From Nanobdellota archaeon (GTDB lineage: Archaea; Nanobdellota; Nanobdellia; Woesearchaeales; DATDXC01), in assembly GCA_043818675.1 (NCBI GenBank), contig JBDRFR010000069.1:14877-78876 (forward strand): DNA of 64,000 bases. The letters run 5' to 3'. Made by a program: the position numbers and the translations under genes. Within the stretch, counting starts at the first letter, position 1. Every line of letters starts with the position of its first letter. Below are positions 43,816 to 52,722 of the stretch, piece after piece. The notes under the pieces are model-generated. The model was not told where the DNA came from, ran no database searches, and saw only the letters and a program-made list of their open reading frames with translations.

Positions 43816-43857
43816 TTTTCATAAAATATTTAAAGAGCAAAAACCCATTAATGTCAA

Positions 43858-44919
43858 ATGAAACAAAACATGGTCCCGCCGGATATTGAACAGTCCTCAG
43901 ATGAGGAAGTAATTGAAGAAGAGTCTGTTGAAGAAAGGGCCGATATATCAAAAGAAGTAGCATTTGAAAAATTAAAAACCCAGCTTGAATCATTAAACCA
44001 GGTAAGGGAAACCAATAATGAGCGATTTTCAAGGATTAGTGAGCAAATAGGTGAAATTCGCAGCATGGTTATTGAAAACGAGAAGAATATGCGTGATGTT
44101 AGTATTAAAGCCACAATGGCCTCTGATTCTGTTAAAGAAGTAAAACCAGAAATTTTAGGGACCCAGGTAAGAAAAATCGACATGAAGGTTGAAACATTAA
44201 AACAAAAAATTGAGGCTAAAAACGTAATGGACAATATGATCATGCAGGAGCTTAAAGAACTGAGAGCAAAAATTAACCTTTTCAAAGGAACTGACGCAGT
44301 TTTAAGCCTTAACGAAGAAGTAAAAAATGAACTAATCAATATCTCCAAAATTAAAAATTCTGTTGAGATTCATGCAGACAAGGTTGAACAGGTTTTCGTC
44401 CATATTCAAAAGAACTTTGTAGAATTCGAAAAATTAAAAAGCCAGAATGAAAATATGCTGGCTGTAAGTTCAGCATTGCAAAAACAAGTAAATGGCCTTC
44501 AGACTCAATTAAAAACCATATCTACAAAAGATGATTTAAGCAGGTTTCGCAAAACCATAAACGATAACCTTAGCTCTATTAATAAATTCTCAAAAAATTT
44601 AAGAAAAAATAAGCAGCTGATAACTTTGCTAAAAAAGATAGAATTTCGTCTTCAAAGCATGGTTTTTGATAATAAAAAAAAGATCGGCGAATTAAAAGAG
44701 GAAGACGGAACAATAAAAAGCAGCATAGCAGAAATTGACTGTCATCTTAGCACTTTGTCAAAAAAAATAAAAAGCGCTACTCCAAAAAATCATATTAAGC
44801 ATGTCAAAAAACACTTCATGCTCCATAAGAAAAAATCAGGGATCATATTAAAAACTCTTGAAAAAATTGAAAATAAATTTTTTAGATGGTCAAAAAAATG
44901 TCAAAAGAAGAAGTTATAA
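43858..44919 (+). CDS. coiled-coil protein (353 aa)
   Basis: Acidic N-terminus, then heptad-rich K/E/L/Q sequence throughout. Starts 43 nt after the giant ORF stop. Confidence 0.5.
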   Translation: MKQNMVPPDIEQSSDEEVIEEESVEERADISKEVAFEKLKTQLESLNQVRETNNERFSRISEQIGEIRSMVIENEKNMRDVSIKATMASDSVKEVKPEILGTQVRKIDMKVETLKQKIEAKNVMDNMIMQELKELRAKINLFKGTDAVLSLNEEVKNELINISKIKNSVEIHADKVEQVFVHIQKNFVEFEKLKSQNENMLAVSSALQKQVNGLQTQLKTISTKDDLSRFRKTINDNLSSINKFSKNLRKNKQLITLLKKIEFRLQSMVFDNKKKIGELKEEDGTIKSSIAEIDCHLSTLSKKIKSATPKNHIKHVKKHFMLHKKKSGIILKTLEKIENKFFRWSKKCQKKKL

Positions 44920-45770
44920 AAAACGCTGTTGAGAAGTTAAACAAAGACTACGAAAAAGCCAGAATAGAAGAAAATAAGGCACAAGCCATGCTTGCAAACT
45001 ACAAAAAACTGCACGATGCAGAAAAAGCTATATTAAAAAGCAAAAATGACCAGCTTCAGGCTGTAAAGCTTAAAGCTGACAAAATCAGAGAAGAGCTGAA
45101 AATCGCAGAAGAAGACTTCGAAGAAGAAAAACTGCGCTTAATAGATATTGAAAATGCAGAGCAAAAAGCAGGCCAGGATATTAAAACAAAAAATAAGCAG
45201 ACACTGGAGATTGCAGAGCATATAAAAGACATTATTGAGGAAGAAAATAGCGTTAAGGCTGCAAAAAATAAATATAATAAGATCCGGCAATTATATGACA
45301 ATGCAAAAATGGAGCTTGAAAACGCAAAAAATAAAGCAGAAGCAGAGATTAAGAAAACACTTAAAAGCGAAGGCGTGCAAAGGGTTACTAAAGCTCATTT
45401 AGAAAAAGCCAAAACATTTATTGACCAAAATTATATATCTAAAGATTTAGAACAGGAAATAAAAACTGACGAAATGATCAGAAAAGACCTTGAAAAAGAA
45501 GAGCTTCTCGATAAAGAGATCCAGGTTGACGAAAAAATAATTGAAGAAGATACCAATTTAGAAGACCTTCAAAAACTGAACAAGGATTTAGAGCAGGAAA
45601 TAAAAGAAAAAAAGAAAGAAGAGAAGGTTATCGACAAAGACCTGAACCAAAAAAAGGAAGAAGGATCTTTAGCCAAAAAATTTCTTGGCAAGCTAAAACA
45701 AAAAGTCCTGCCCAGTAAAGAAGACGATTTAGAAGATCTTGAAAAAAGGTTTAAGGATTTGGATGATTAA
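44886..45770 (+). CDS. Lys/Glu-rich coiled-coil protein (294 aa)
   Basis: Low-complexity K/E-rich helical sequence. Overlaps the previous gene by 34 nt. Confidence 0.45.
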   Translation: MVKKMSKEEVIKNAVEKLNKDYEKARIEENKAQAMLANYKKLHDAEKAILKSKNDQLQAVKLKADKIREELKIAEEDFEEEKLRLIDIENAEQKAGQDIKTKNKQTLEIAEHIKDIIEEENSVKAAKNKYNKIRQLYDNAKMELENAKNKAEAEIKKTLKSEGVQRVTKAHLEKAKTFIDQNYISKDLEQEIKTDEMIRKDLEKEELLDKEIQVDEKIIEEDTNLEDLQKLNKDLEQEIKEKKKEEKVIDKDLNQKKEEGSLAKKFLGKLKQKVLPSKEDDLEDLEKRFKDLDD

Positions 45771-46971
45771 ATTTCATAAGCCATGCTACTTCTTCCTTAT
45801 CAAGGTCTGCATATCGGGTTATTGCATCTCGCATATTTTTGTTTTTAAACATTATTTTATAAAATTCGATATCTTTAACTATATCTTTGCTTGAACAATG
45901 AGTTTTAGCAGCTATTTTTTGTGCAATGGCTTTTTTTTTCATGCTTTTTTGCTTTGCCCACCATAATTTTAGCAGCCTGCCAGTAGGTTTATATGATACA
46001 AATTTTTTATATTTTTCATCTTTGGATACAGCAATACCTGCAGTTAATAATGCATTAACATAGACTAAAAACCGCCAATACTGCCATCTTTTGATTCTTC
46101 TTTTGAAGATATCTGCCTTTGAAAGCTTATCATACGCCCTATAAAGATCATTTGGTTTGATATATTCCAATGGAAGATTTTTATCAATCCAAAGGAACTG
46201 CTGGTCAATATCTTCTTTAACATTATCAAACGCTGTGATTGCAAGTTTTGGGTCTGTGGATTTAAACACTTTCAAAAGCGCATTCAGTATAGACTCTTCT
46301 TTATTTCTATCAGCAAGTTGGTCTAAATTTTTTTTTGTCAGCTGATGGGTAGTTTCGGATAATGTCTGCAGATCGTTTATTGCAGCTCTCGCATCGCCTC
46401 CGGCTCTTCTTGCAAGCATTTTCAGCGCACCTGTATCGTAGCATATTTTTTCTGTTTCGCAGATAAACCTAAGAATAGTGGCAATTTCAATATAGTTTAA
46501 CGGCTTAAGTTCCACTGTTATGCTCCTTTTTCTTAGGCTGTTAAATTTTAAATCCCATGGATTTTGTGCTGTAAGGATTATTGGAAAAGTAGTTTTATCT
46601 ATTAGCTTAGCAATCGTAGCAATCCCACCCCTATCTTTATTGCCGGAAAGGCCTTCAATTTCATCAACAAGGATAATTTTGCTTTTTGAAAAAAGGCTGT
46701 ACTGGTTTATTGCAGACCCCACTTTTTGCAGTATCTGATCTTTATTTCGGTAATCACTTGCATTGACTTCAATTATCTCAGTTTCAAAGTCGCTTGCAAG
46801 CGCATGCACAAGACTGGTTTTGCCTGTCCCGGAAAATCCATGCAATAACAGCGCCTTCTTTTTCTGTATTGAAAAATTCTTGACAAAATCTGAGACTTGC
46901 GATACTGCTTCTGGTTGGCCAATAACTTCTGCAAGCTTTGTTGGACAGTATTTTTTTGTAAACGGTGTCAT
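45751..46971 (-). CDS. rfcL: replication factor C subunit (AAA+ clamp loader; length suggests large subunit)
   Basis: 'KYCPTKLAEVIGQ' (RFC box II). Walker A 'LLHGFSGTGKTS'. 'EVNASDYRNKD' (NASD-RG box). 'ILVDEIEGL' (Walker B). 'ILTAQNPW' (sensor). Confidence 0.75.
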   Translation of the reverse strand: MTPFTKKYCPTKLAEVIGQPEAVSQVSDFVKNFSIQKKKALLLHGFSGTGKTSLVHALASDFETEIIEVNASDYRNKDQILQKVGSAINQYSLFSKSKIILVDEIEGLSGNKDRGGIATIAKLIDKTTFPIILTAQNPWDLKFNSLRKRSITVELKPLNYIEIATILRFICETEKICYDTGALKMLARRAGGDARAAINDLQTLSETTHQLTKKNLDQLADRNKEESILNALLKVFKSTDPKLAITAFDNVKEDIDQQFLWIDKNLPLEYIKPNDLYRAYDKLSKADIFKRRIKRWQYWRFLVYVNALLTAGIAVSKDEKYKKFVSYKPTGRLLKLWWAKQKSMKKKAIAQKIAAKTHCSSKDIVKDIEFYKIMFKNKNMRDAITRYADLDKEEVAWLMKFNHPNP

Positions 46972-47044
46972 ACATTTGCAAAGCCATATTTATTTAATAA
47001 TTTTATGGTAAGGTTTATAAAAGGGTTTATACTCAGATGTTATC

Positions 47045-48142
47045 ATGTCACTAACAAGCATCCAAAAGATGAAAATAAAGAAGTTCATCAAAGAATTAGG
47101 TGGTTATAAAGGCAGGCATACAGAACTTGTTTCTGTTTATATTCCAAAAGGCTACGATATTATCAAAATTATCCAGCACCTTGATCAGGAAAAAGGCACA
47201 GCAACTAACATTAAATCCACTGCTACAAGAAAAAACGTTATTGCTTCTTTGGAAAAGATGACCCAGCATCTAAGATTATACAAAAAAACACCTGAAAATG
47301 GCCTTGCTGTTTTCTCGGGCAATGTATCAGAAAGAATAGGCCAGGAAGATTACAAGGTATGGAGCATTGAGCCTCCGCTTCCGATTAACACAAGAATCTA
47401 TAGATGTGACAAGGATTTTGTAATAGATATATTAGAAGACATGCTGGAAACAAAAGAAGTTTACGGCCTTGTAGTAATGGACAGAAGAGACGCAAACGTT
47501 GCCTACCTTAAAGGAAAAACTATCGTGCCTCTGTTAAAAACTCATTCTGAAGTTCCAGGCAAGTTTAAAGCAGGCGGCCAGAGTGCGGCCCGTTTTGCGC
47601 GGCTAAGGGAAGGCGCAGCAAAGGATCATTACAAAAAAGTGGCAGAACATGTAAAAAATAAATTTCTTGGAAATGAAAACCTTAAAGGTATAATTGTTGG
47701 CGGCCCGGGCCCTACTAAGTATGACTTTGTGGAAGGCAATTATATAACTTCTGAAGTAAAAAAAAAAATTATAGGTATAAAGGATTTAAGCTACACAGGC
47801 GATTTTGGTCTGCAGGAACTTGTCGATAAAAGCCAGGACATTCTGGCTCAGGAAGAAATTGCAGGCGAAAAAGCTATTATGGCTAAATTTTTTAATATGC
47901 TCGCAAAAAAGCCTGGGATGGTAAGTTACGGTGAAAAAGAAGTAATGACAAATTTAAAATCCGGCACTGTTAATATTCTGCTTCTTTCAGAGGATTTAGA
48001 TGATGAGACAATTGAAAATTTTGAAAAAGAAGCTGAAGTTGTTGGGTCGTCTGTTAACATAATTTCCACTGAAACCCGTGAAGGGGTTCAGTTAAAAGAT
48101 ATTGGCAAAGTCGCAGCAATTTTAAGGTATGAAGTTCAATAA
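47045..48142 (+). CDS. prf1: peptide chain release factor aRF1
   Basis: 'NIKS' codon-recognition motif ('TATNIKSTATRKNV'). 'GGQ' peptidyl-hydrolase motif ('KFKAGGQSAARFARLRE'). Confidence 0.9.
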   Translation: MSLTSIQKMKIKKFIKELGGYKGRHTELVSVYIPKGYDIIKIIQHLDQEKGTATNIKSTATRKNVIASLEKMTQHLRLYKKTPENGLAVFSGNVSERIGQEDYKVWSIEPPLPINTRIYRCDKDFVIDILEDMLETKEVYGLVVMDRRDANVAYLKGKTIVPLLKTHSEVPGKFKAGGQSAARFARLREGAAKDHYKKVAEHVKNKFLGNENLKGIIVGGPGPTKYDFVEGNYITSEVKKKIIGIKDLSYTGDFGLQELVDKSQDILAQEEIAGEKAIMAKFFNMLAKKPGMVSYGEKEVMTNLKSGTVNILLLSEDLDDETIENFEKEAEVVGSSVNIISTETREGVQLKDIGKVAAILRYEVQ

Positions 48143-48174
48143 ACTTTATTAACAAGGTATTAATTTCTTTTCTC

Positions 48175-48831
48175 ATGTTAAATGAAGCGACCACTGAACT
48201 ATACAATGATTTCCCATACGACATTGCTATAAAATATTCAGGGAAATTTAAGCCATACCGTGCAAATGTAAGGTTATCTAGTGACATAATCCAGTTTAAC
48301 CTGTCAAAATCCTGGAAATCCATATCAAAAGAAATTCAGATAGGTTTAATCCAGGAATTATTATTAAAAATCTTAAAAAAGAGACTAACACCTTTAAAAA
48401 CAACCAGCCAAAACATTGAACTTTATAATATTTTTATCAAAAAGCTTCATTTGGGCATACCAAAAACCAAAATTGATCCTATATTAGAAAAAAGTTTTGA
48501 ACGCATCAATGATAAATATTTCCACGGGTTAATAGAAAAAACCAATTTCACATGGTCAGATTCAGTTAATAAGTTAGGAAGCTACGAATATGGTACTGAT
48601 ACTATAACTATTAGTAAAATCCTGATGGAAGATACAGATTTGCTGGACTATGTAATGTACCATGAAATGCTCCATAAAAAGCATAAGTACCATTCAAAAA
48701 AAGGCAGGCACTACCACCATACTACAGAATTTCGTAATAAAGAAAGTGAATTTAAGGACAGCAAAATGCTTGAAAGAAAGATTAATTCACTTGTAAGAAA
48801 GAAAAGAAAACATTTTTTCAGCCTTTTCTAA
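48175..48831 (+). CDS. putative SprT/DUF45-like HExxH zinc metallopeptidase
   Basis: 'LLDYVMYHEMLHKKH' places an HExxH motif in a position typical of SprT-like/YgjP-like proteins. Basic C-terminal tail. Confidence 0.45.
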   Translation: MLNEATTELYNDFPYDIAIKYSGKFKPYRANVRLSSDIIQFNLSKSWKSISKEIQIGLIQELLLKILKKRLTPLKTTSQNIELYNIFIKKLHLGIPKTKIDPILEKSFERINDKYFHGLIEKTNFTWSDSVNKLGSYEYGTDTITISKILMEDTDLLDYVMYHEMLHKKHKYHSKKGRHYHHTTEFRNKESEFKDSKMLERKINSLVRKKRKHFFSLF

Positions 48832-48876
48832 ACAATAACTTTAAATACCCCCTCTTTTTCCAAAATAACCAAAAGG

Positions 48877-49095
48877 GTGGTTTACATGAATGATAGACTA
48901 TTACCATTAGCCGCTATGGAAAAAATAATGAAAAATTGCGGCGGCGAACGCATATCTGACAAAGCAAAAGTTGCTTTAAAAGAAGTTATTGAAGAACGGG
49001 CAGGCGAAATTGCTGCAAGGGCGGTAAAGCTTGCTATTCATGCCGGCAGAAAAACTGTAAAAGCTAGAGACATCAAACTGGCATCTAAAGAATAA
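48877..49095 (+). CDS. archaeal histone (HMf-like histone-fold protein); second ATG at 48886 is the likelier start
   Basis: 'LPLAAMEKIMKNCGGERISDKAKVALKEVIEERAGEIAARAVKLAIHAGRKTVKARDIKLA' matches the archaeal histone consensus (LPiAp..RIiK.aGaeRvSddA..aL...lEe.geeIa..Av.lA.HAGRKTvk.eDi.lA). GGGTGG Shine-Dalgarno-like motif upstream. Confidence 0.85.
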   Translation: MVYMNDRLLPLAAMEKIMKNCGGERISDKAKVALKEVIEERAGEIAARAVKLAIHAGRKTVKARDIKLASKE

Positions 49096-49120
49096 TAATC
49101 ATTAATAAAGAGGGATAACA

Positions 49121-49516
49121 ATGAGTACAAAACCAGTATCAATAGGGACATTGCAAAAAGGCAATTATGTAGTAATTGAAGGTGTCGCCTGCAAAGTCAC
49201 AAACACTCAAACCTCGCGGCCAGGAAAACACGGCCATGCAAAAGTCCGCATGGAAGCAGTAGGCCTGATTGACGATAAAAAGCGTGTTATTGTAGGCCCC
49301 GGCCATGATAATATAGACACACCGATTGTCGGCAAAAAAAATGCGCAGGTTTTATCAATCAGTGGCGATTCTGCAAATGTTATGGACTCTGAGACTTTTG
49401 AAACTTTTGACTTAAAAATTCCTGATGAATTAAAAAATGACGTTGTCGAAGGATGCAATATTGTTTATTGGACAATCCTAAAAGACAAAGTCTTAAAACA
49501 GATTAAGAGTGGTTAA
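49121..49516 (+). CDS. eif5a: translation initiation factor 5A (aIF-5A)
   Basis: Hypusination loop 'TSRPGKHGHAKV'. OB-fold length and layout fit aIF5A. Confidence 0.85.
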   Translation: MSTKPVSIGTLQKGNYVVIEGVACKVTNTQTSRPGKHGHAKVRMEAVGLIDDKKRVIVGPGHDNIDTPIVGKKNAQVLSISGDSANVMDSETFETFDLKIPDELKNDVVEGCNIVYWTILKDKVLKQIKSG

Positions 49517-49518
49517 TA

Positions 49519-49680
49519 ATGGCAAAATTTCCAGAAGCAGAAGCAAGACTTTTTAAGCGTGTTTTTGTGTGCAAAAAGTGCAAAACAAAAATCAGGGCTC
49601 CAAATCTTAAGATTTTGGCCGGTAAGATTAACTGCAAAAAATGCAGCAGCAGTGCTTTTCGACCGGTAAGAAAGAAATAG
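49519..49680 (+). CDS. rpl40e: ribosomal protein L40e (53 aa; below the ORF-track length cutoff)
   Basis: Own translation: 'MAKFPEAEARLFKRVFVCKKCKTKIRAPNLKILAGKINCKKCSSSAFRPVRKK'. It has the L40e pattern 'FPEAEAR...RVF..KKC...', a C4 zinc ribbon and a C-terminal 'RP.RKK'. Starts 3 nt after the aIF5A stop. Confidence 0.6.
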   Translation: MAKFPEAEARLFKRVFVCKKCKTKIRAPNLKILAGKINCKKCSSSAFRPVRKK

Positions 49681-49729
49681 TTCTGTATTTCCAAAAGTTT
49701 TAAAAACAATTGATTTTAGTTAATTAAAA

Positions 49730-50911
49730 ATGGATTTACAATTAATATCAGCAATAATTTTTTCAGTATGTTTGGCTTTTTTTCTTGTATGGAAAAGAAA
49801 AAATTTAGCTGTTCAAAAAATTTTTTTCCCGGTTTTATATTTTGTCATGTATCGCACAAAAATCGGCCTTAAATTAATGGATACTATCTCTAAAAAGTAT
49901 GGAAAATTACTAAAATATTTAGGATATATTGGCATTTTTATTGGATTTTGTGGAATGGTCTTCTTATGTTTTACTTTATCAAAAAATCTGGTGATTTTAT
50001 TAACAAAACCAGAGGCAGCATCTGCTGTTGGCTTGGTTCTTCCTTTCAAGGTCAAAGGAGCATTCTTTGTGCCTTTTTTTTACTGGATAATCTCAATTTT
50101 TGTGCTTGCCGTAGTGCACGAATTTTCACATGGTGTCGTAGCCAGGTATTACGGCTTAAAAATCAAATCAAGCGGTCTTGCATTTTTATGCTTAGTCCTT
50201 CCTGTAATTCCGGCGGCGTTTGTTGAGCCCGACGAAAAAAAAATGGCAAAGCTTTCCACAAAAAAGCAGTTAAGCATTTTTGCAGCTGGCCCATTTTCAA
50301 ACATTATTCTTGCATTTATTGTATTACTATTGTTTAACTTCACACTAGCGCCATTTCTTCAGTCAATGATGTACGAAGACGGTATCAAAATTACCGGTTA
50401 TATTGAAGACAAAACTTATCCTGCGCAGGAAGCAGGCATTGAAATTGGTGAAGTAATAAAAGAAATTAATGGAGCAGAATTCAAAACACTAGACGATTTT
50501 TCAGCATTAATCCAAAATGAAAAGCCAGGTGATCAAATCCAGTTAACAACCAATATCAAAACTTATGATATTACTCTAACAGAAAATCCTGAAGATGAAA
50601 AAAAGGCATATTTGGGTGTTTATTTAATACAAAACTATGAAAAAAAAGACTGGGCAAGAAAAGGTATAGCGTTTTATATTAGTGTATTGACTACCTGGCT
50701 GGGCGGGCTTTTTTATTGGCTTTTTGTTTTAAACCTTGGAATCGGGTTATTCAATCTTATCCCTATTGGTCCGATTGACGGAGGCAGGATGCTGCATGCT
50801 GTATTGTTAAAATATTTCTCTAAGGACAGGGCCCAAAAAATCTGGAAATATACAGGGACTTTCTTTTTCCTTTTAGTTCTTACAAATGTTATGTTTGGTT
50901 TTATTCGATAA
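49730..50911 (+). CDS. site-2 protease family (M50) intramembrane metalloprotease with PDZ domain
   Basis: Multiple TM segments. 'VVHEFSHGVVARYYG' (HExxH). Second Zn-ligand region 'NLIPIGPIDGGRMLH'. PDZ-like segment 'GIKITGYIEDKTYPAQEAGIEIGEVIKEING'. Confidence 0.8.
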   Translation: MDLQLISAIIFSVCLAFFLVWKRKNLAVQKIFFPVLYFVMYRTKIGLKLMDTISKKYGKLLKYLGYIGIFIGFCGMVFLCFTLSKNLVILLTKPEAASAVGLVLPFKVKGAFFVPFFYWIISIFVLAVVHEFSHGVVARYYGLKIKSSGLAFLCLVLPVIPAAFVEPDEKKMAKLSTKKQLSIFAAGPFSNIILAFIVLLLFNFTLAPFLQSMMYEDGIKITGYIEDKTYPAQEAGIEIGEVIKEINGAEFKTLDDFSALIQNEKPGDQIQLTTNIKTYDITLTENPEDEKKAYLGVYLIQNYEKKDWARKGIAFYISVLTTWLGGLFYWLFVLNLGIGLFNLIPIGPIDGGRMLHAVLLKYFSKDRAQKIWKYTGTFFFLLVLTNVMFGFIR

Positions 50912-50922
50912 GGTTTTAGGAT

Positions 50923-51762
50923 ATGCAAAACATCAAGTCCGAATCAAAAATTGCATGGAAATTATTTAAAGACATTTTGATGCTTCCCGTTAATCTTCTT
51001 CTTCTGGTGTTTGGTAAAAAAAGCATATCAGATGTTTTAAGGCCAGTATCCGACATTTTCAGATTTATATTTGAAGCAAAGGTTACCATTTGGCTGGTCA
51101 TATTAAATATTATTATATATTTTGGAGTTACTTTCCTGTTAATCACTGGCATTATTGAAGAGTCTTTTATCGATTTGTATTTTATTGGGACAACCAGGGG
51201 TTTTTTGAACCTGGATTTCCCGCCTTTAATTGGTTCTTGGTTTTTCCACGCATCAGTCTTTCATTTGTTTGGAAATATGTTATTTTTGTTTATATTAGGA
51301 AGGGTTGTTGAAAAAGAGCTGGGCGGGCCTAAAACTCTGCTTATTTATTTTGGTGCGGCTATTATTTCCACGGTTGCAGACAATTTGGTCCATATTTTCA
51401 TCATACCTATTAAAGATTATGCAGTAGTCGGCGCATCTGGCGCTATTTCAGGTTTAGGCGGTGCAGCATTACTGCTTAGCCCTTTTTACTTAACTTATCT
51501 TGTTGTTGGAATACCATTGCCTATTATTTTTGTGGTTTTGCTTCAGATATACACTGATATTACAGGTGTTTTAAATCCAACATCAAACATTGGCCATATT
51601 GCACATCTAACAGGCTATTTATCTGTTGCAATTACTATGTTTCTTCTTAGCAAAAATGATAGAAATAAAATGAAAAAAGGACTGTTTATATGTATAATTA
51701 CTGTTATAGCGTCTATCTTAGTATTTATATTTGCAAATAGATTTATTGGCCTGCAGATTTAA
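50923..51762 (+). CDS. rhomboid-family intramembrane serine protease
   Basis: Catalytic 'GASGAISGL' (GxSG) and 'HIAHLTGY' (catalytic His) lie in TM helices. 6-7 predicted TM segments. Confidence 0.8.
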   Translation: MQNIKSESKIAWKLFKDILMLPVNLLLLVFGKKSISDVLRPVSDIFRFIFEAKVTIWLVILNIIIYFGVTFLLITGIIEESFIDLYFIGTTRGFLNLDFPPLIGSWFFHASVFHLFGNMLFLFILGRVVEKELGGPKTLLIYFGAAIISTVADNLVHIFIIPIKDYAVVGASGAISGLGGAALLLSPFYLTYLVVGIPLPIIFVVLLQIYTDITGVLNPTSNIGHIAHLTGYLSVAITMFLLSKNDRNKMKKGLFICIITVIASILVFIFANRFIGLQI

Positions 51763-51785
51763 TCCTTAATAAATCATGCAATTTT

Positions 51786-52526
51786 CTACGTTAATTCTAC
51801 ATAAAAGTAATAAACAGTTGACGCATCATCATCTCCGTTATCTGCAACCAGCATCTGAAAATCCCATATATTTCCGTCAAACCCTACTGTATTTTGGCTG
51901 ACTTCTGTTGCATATATCACTGTATTCTGATTATATTCTGTAAGTATTGTTTCATTAAAATAACTGGTCTGCGCCCCATTATTATCATACGTATTTGTTG
52001 AACGGCAGTTTAGGAGCTCCCTTGTACCGATTGTAATATTGCTGTATCCTCTGAAAGTCTCATCTATTCCGTCACTATCAGAGCTCGCCATGCCGTACAT
52101 TGACTCAAGCGTTGTATGATTGATTCCCTGTGTTCCAATAGAGCCATTGCCGCTAAAGTTTACACAATTAACATTGCCCCAATCTACTACCGTATTGTTT
52201 GCAGCATATATTTCACCGACCGGAGAAAAGCTTGAACCACCTGTCCAATCAAACATTGTATTGCCGCTTGCATCACCAAGGACAACTTTTCCGGAGATAT
52301 TACCATAGTATCCCTGCCATCTTTTTGTAACAATTGTAGTATTAATTGTAAGTTGCGTTACATTGCCTGCCTGTGCTCCAAGAGCCTGCGGATCCCCTGT
52401 TATATTAGTTCTGCTCGTAGTAACATTTTCAATAGAAGTAGGGCCATATGGATTGGCTAGAGTGATAGGTATTAAAATCGCTGCCACTAATAAAATTATT
52501 GCAATTCTTTTCATTGTTGTTTTCAT
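51786..52526 (-). CDS. secreted ~245-aa protein, paralog 4 of a tandem array
   Basis: Signal peptide 'MKTTMKRIAIILLVAAILIPITLA'. Conserved core 'RWQGYYGNISGKVVLGDASGNTMFDWTGGSSFSPVGEIYAANNTVVDWG.V.CVNFSGNGS.GTQGINHTTLESMYGM...DGIDETF...NCRSTNTYDNNGAQTSYFNETILTE...TVIYATEV.Q...GFDGN.WDFQMLVADNGDD.ASTVYYFYVEL'. Confidence 0.75.
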   Translation of the reverse strand: MKTTMKRIAIILLVAAILIPITLANPYGPTSIENVTTSRTNITGDPQALGAQAGNVTQLTINTTIVTKRWQGYYGNISGKVVLGDASGNTMFDWTGGSSFSPVGEIYAANNTVVDWGNVNCVNFSGNGSIGTQGINHTTLESMYGMASSDSDGIDETFRGYSNITIGTRELLNCRSTNTYDNNGAQTSYFNETILTEYNQNTVIYATEVSQNTVGFDGNIWDFQMLVADNGDDDASTVYYFYVELT

Positions 52527-52722
52527 TATAGCAAAGGACGTATTTTTACGAATAGCTGCATATCCTCAACAAAAGTGCATTATGTCCGCTATCATATCTG
52601 AAAACAATCACGCTTTCGTTTACATTCACATTTAATTACGTTTACGTTCACAATCCAAAGTAAGCATGAAGGATCTAAGGCAGTTGCCAAAATGTTTTAG
52701 ACACACCCTTAGTCCGTTGAAT

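Noticed and set aside
7519-43815. Considered that the giant ORF is several genes or an assembly chimera
   Set aside because: A single frame stays open for 36 kb while the other five frames are riddled with stops. The domain grammar is continuous across putative junctions, and the same TM-ATPase module exists as a bona fide gene nearby.

Collapse or expansion of the near-identical repeats cannot be excluded without reads. This is flagged as a caveat, not a rejection of the gene.
43754-44348. Two minus-strand ORFs (92 and 164 aa) across the giant-gene stop and the start of the downstream coiled-coil gene
   Set aside because: Antisense to K/E-rich coding sequence, giving L/F/S-rich translations. 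They overlap better-supported + strand genes.
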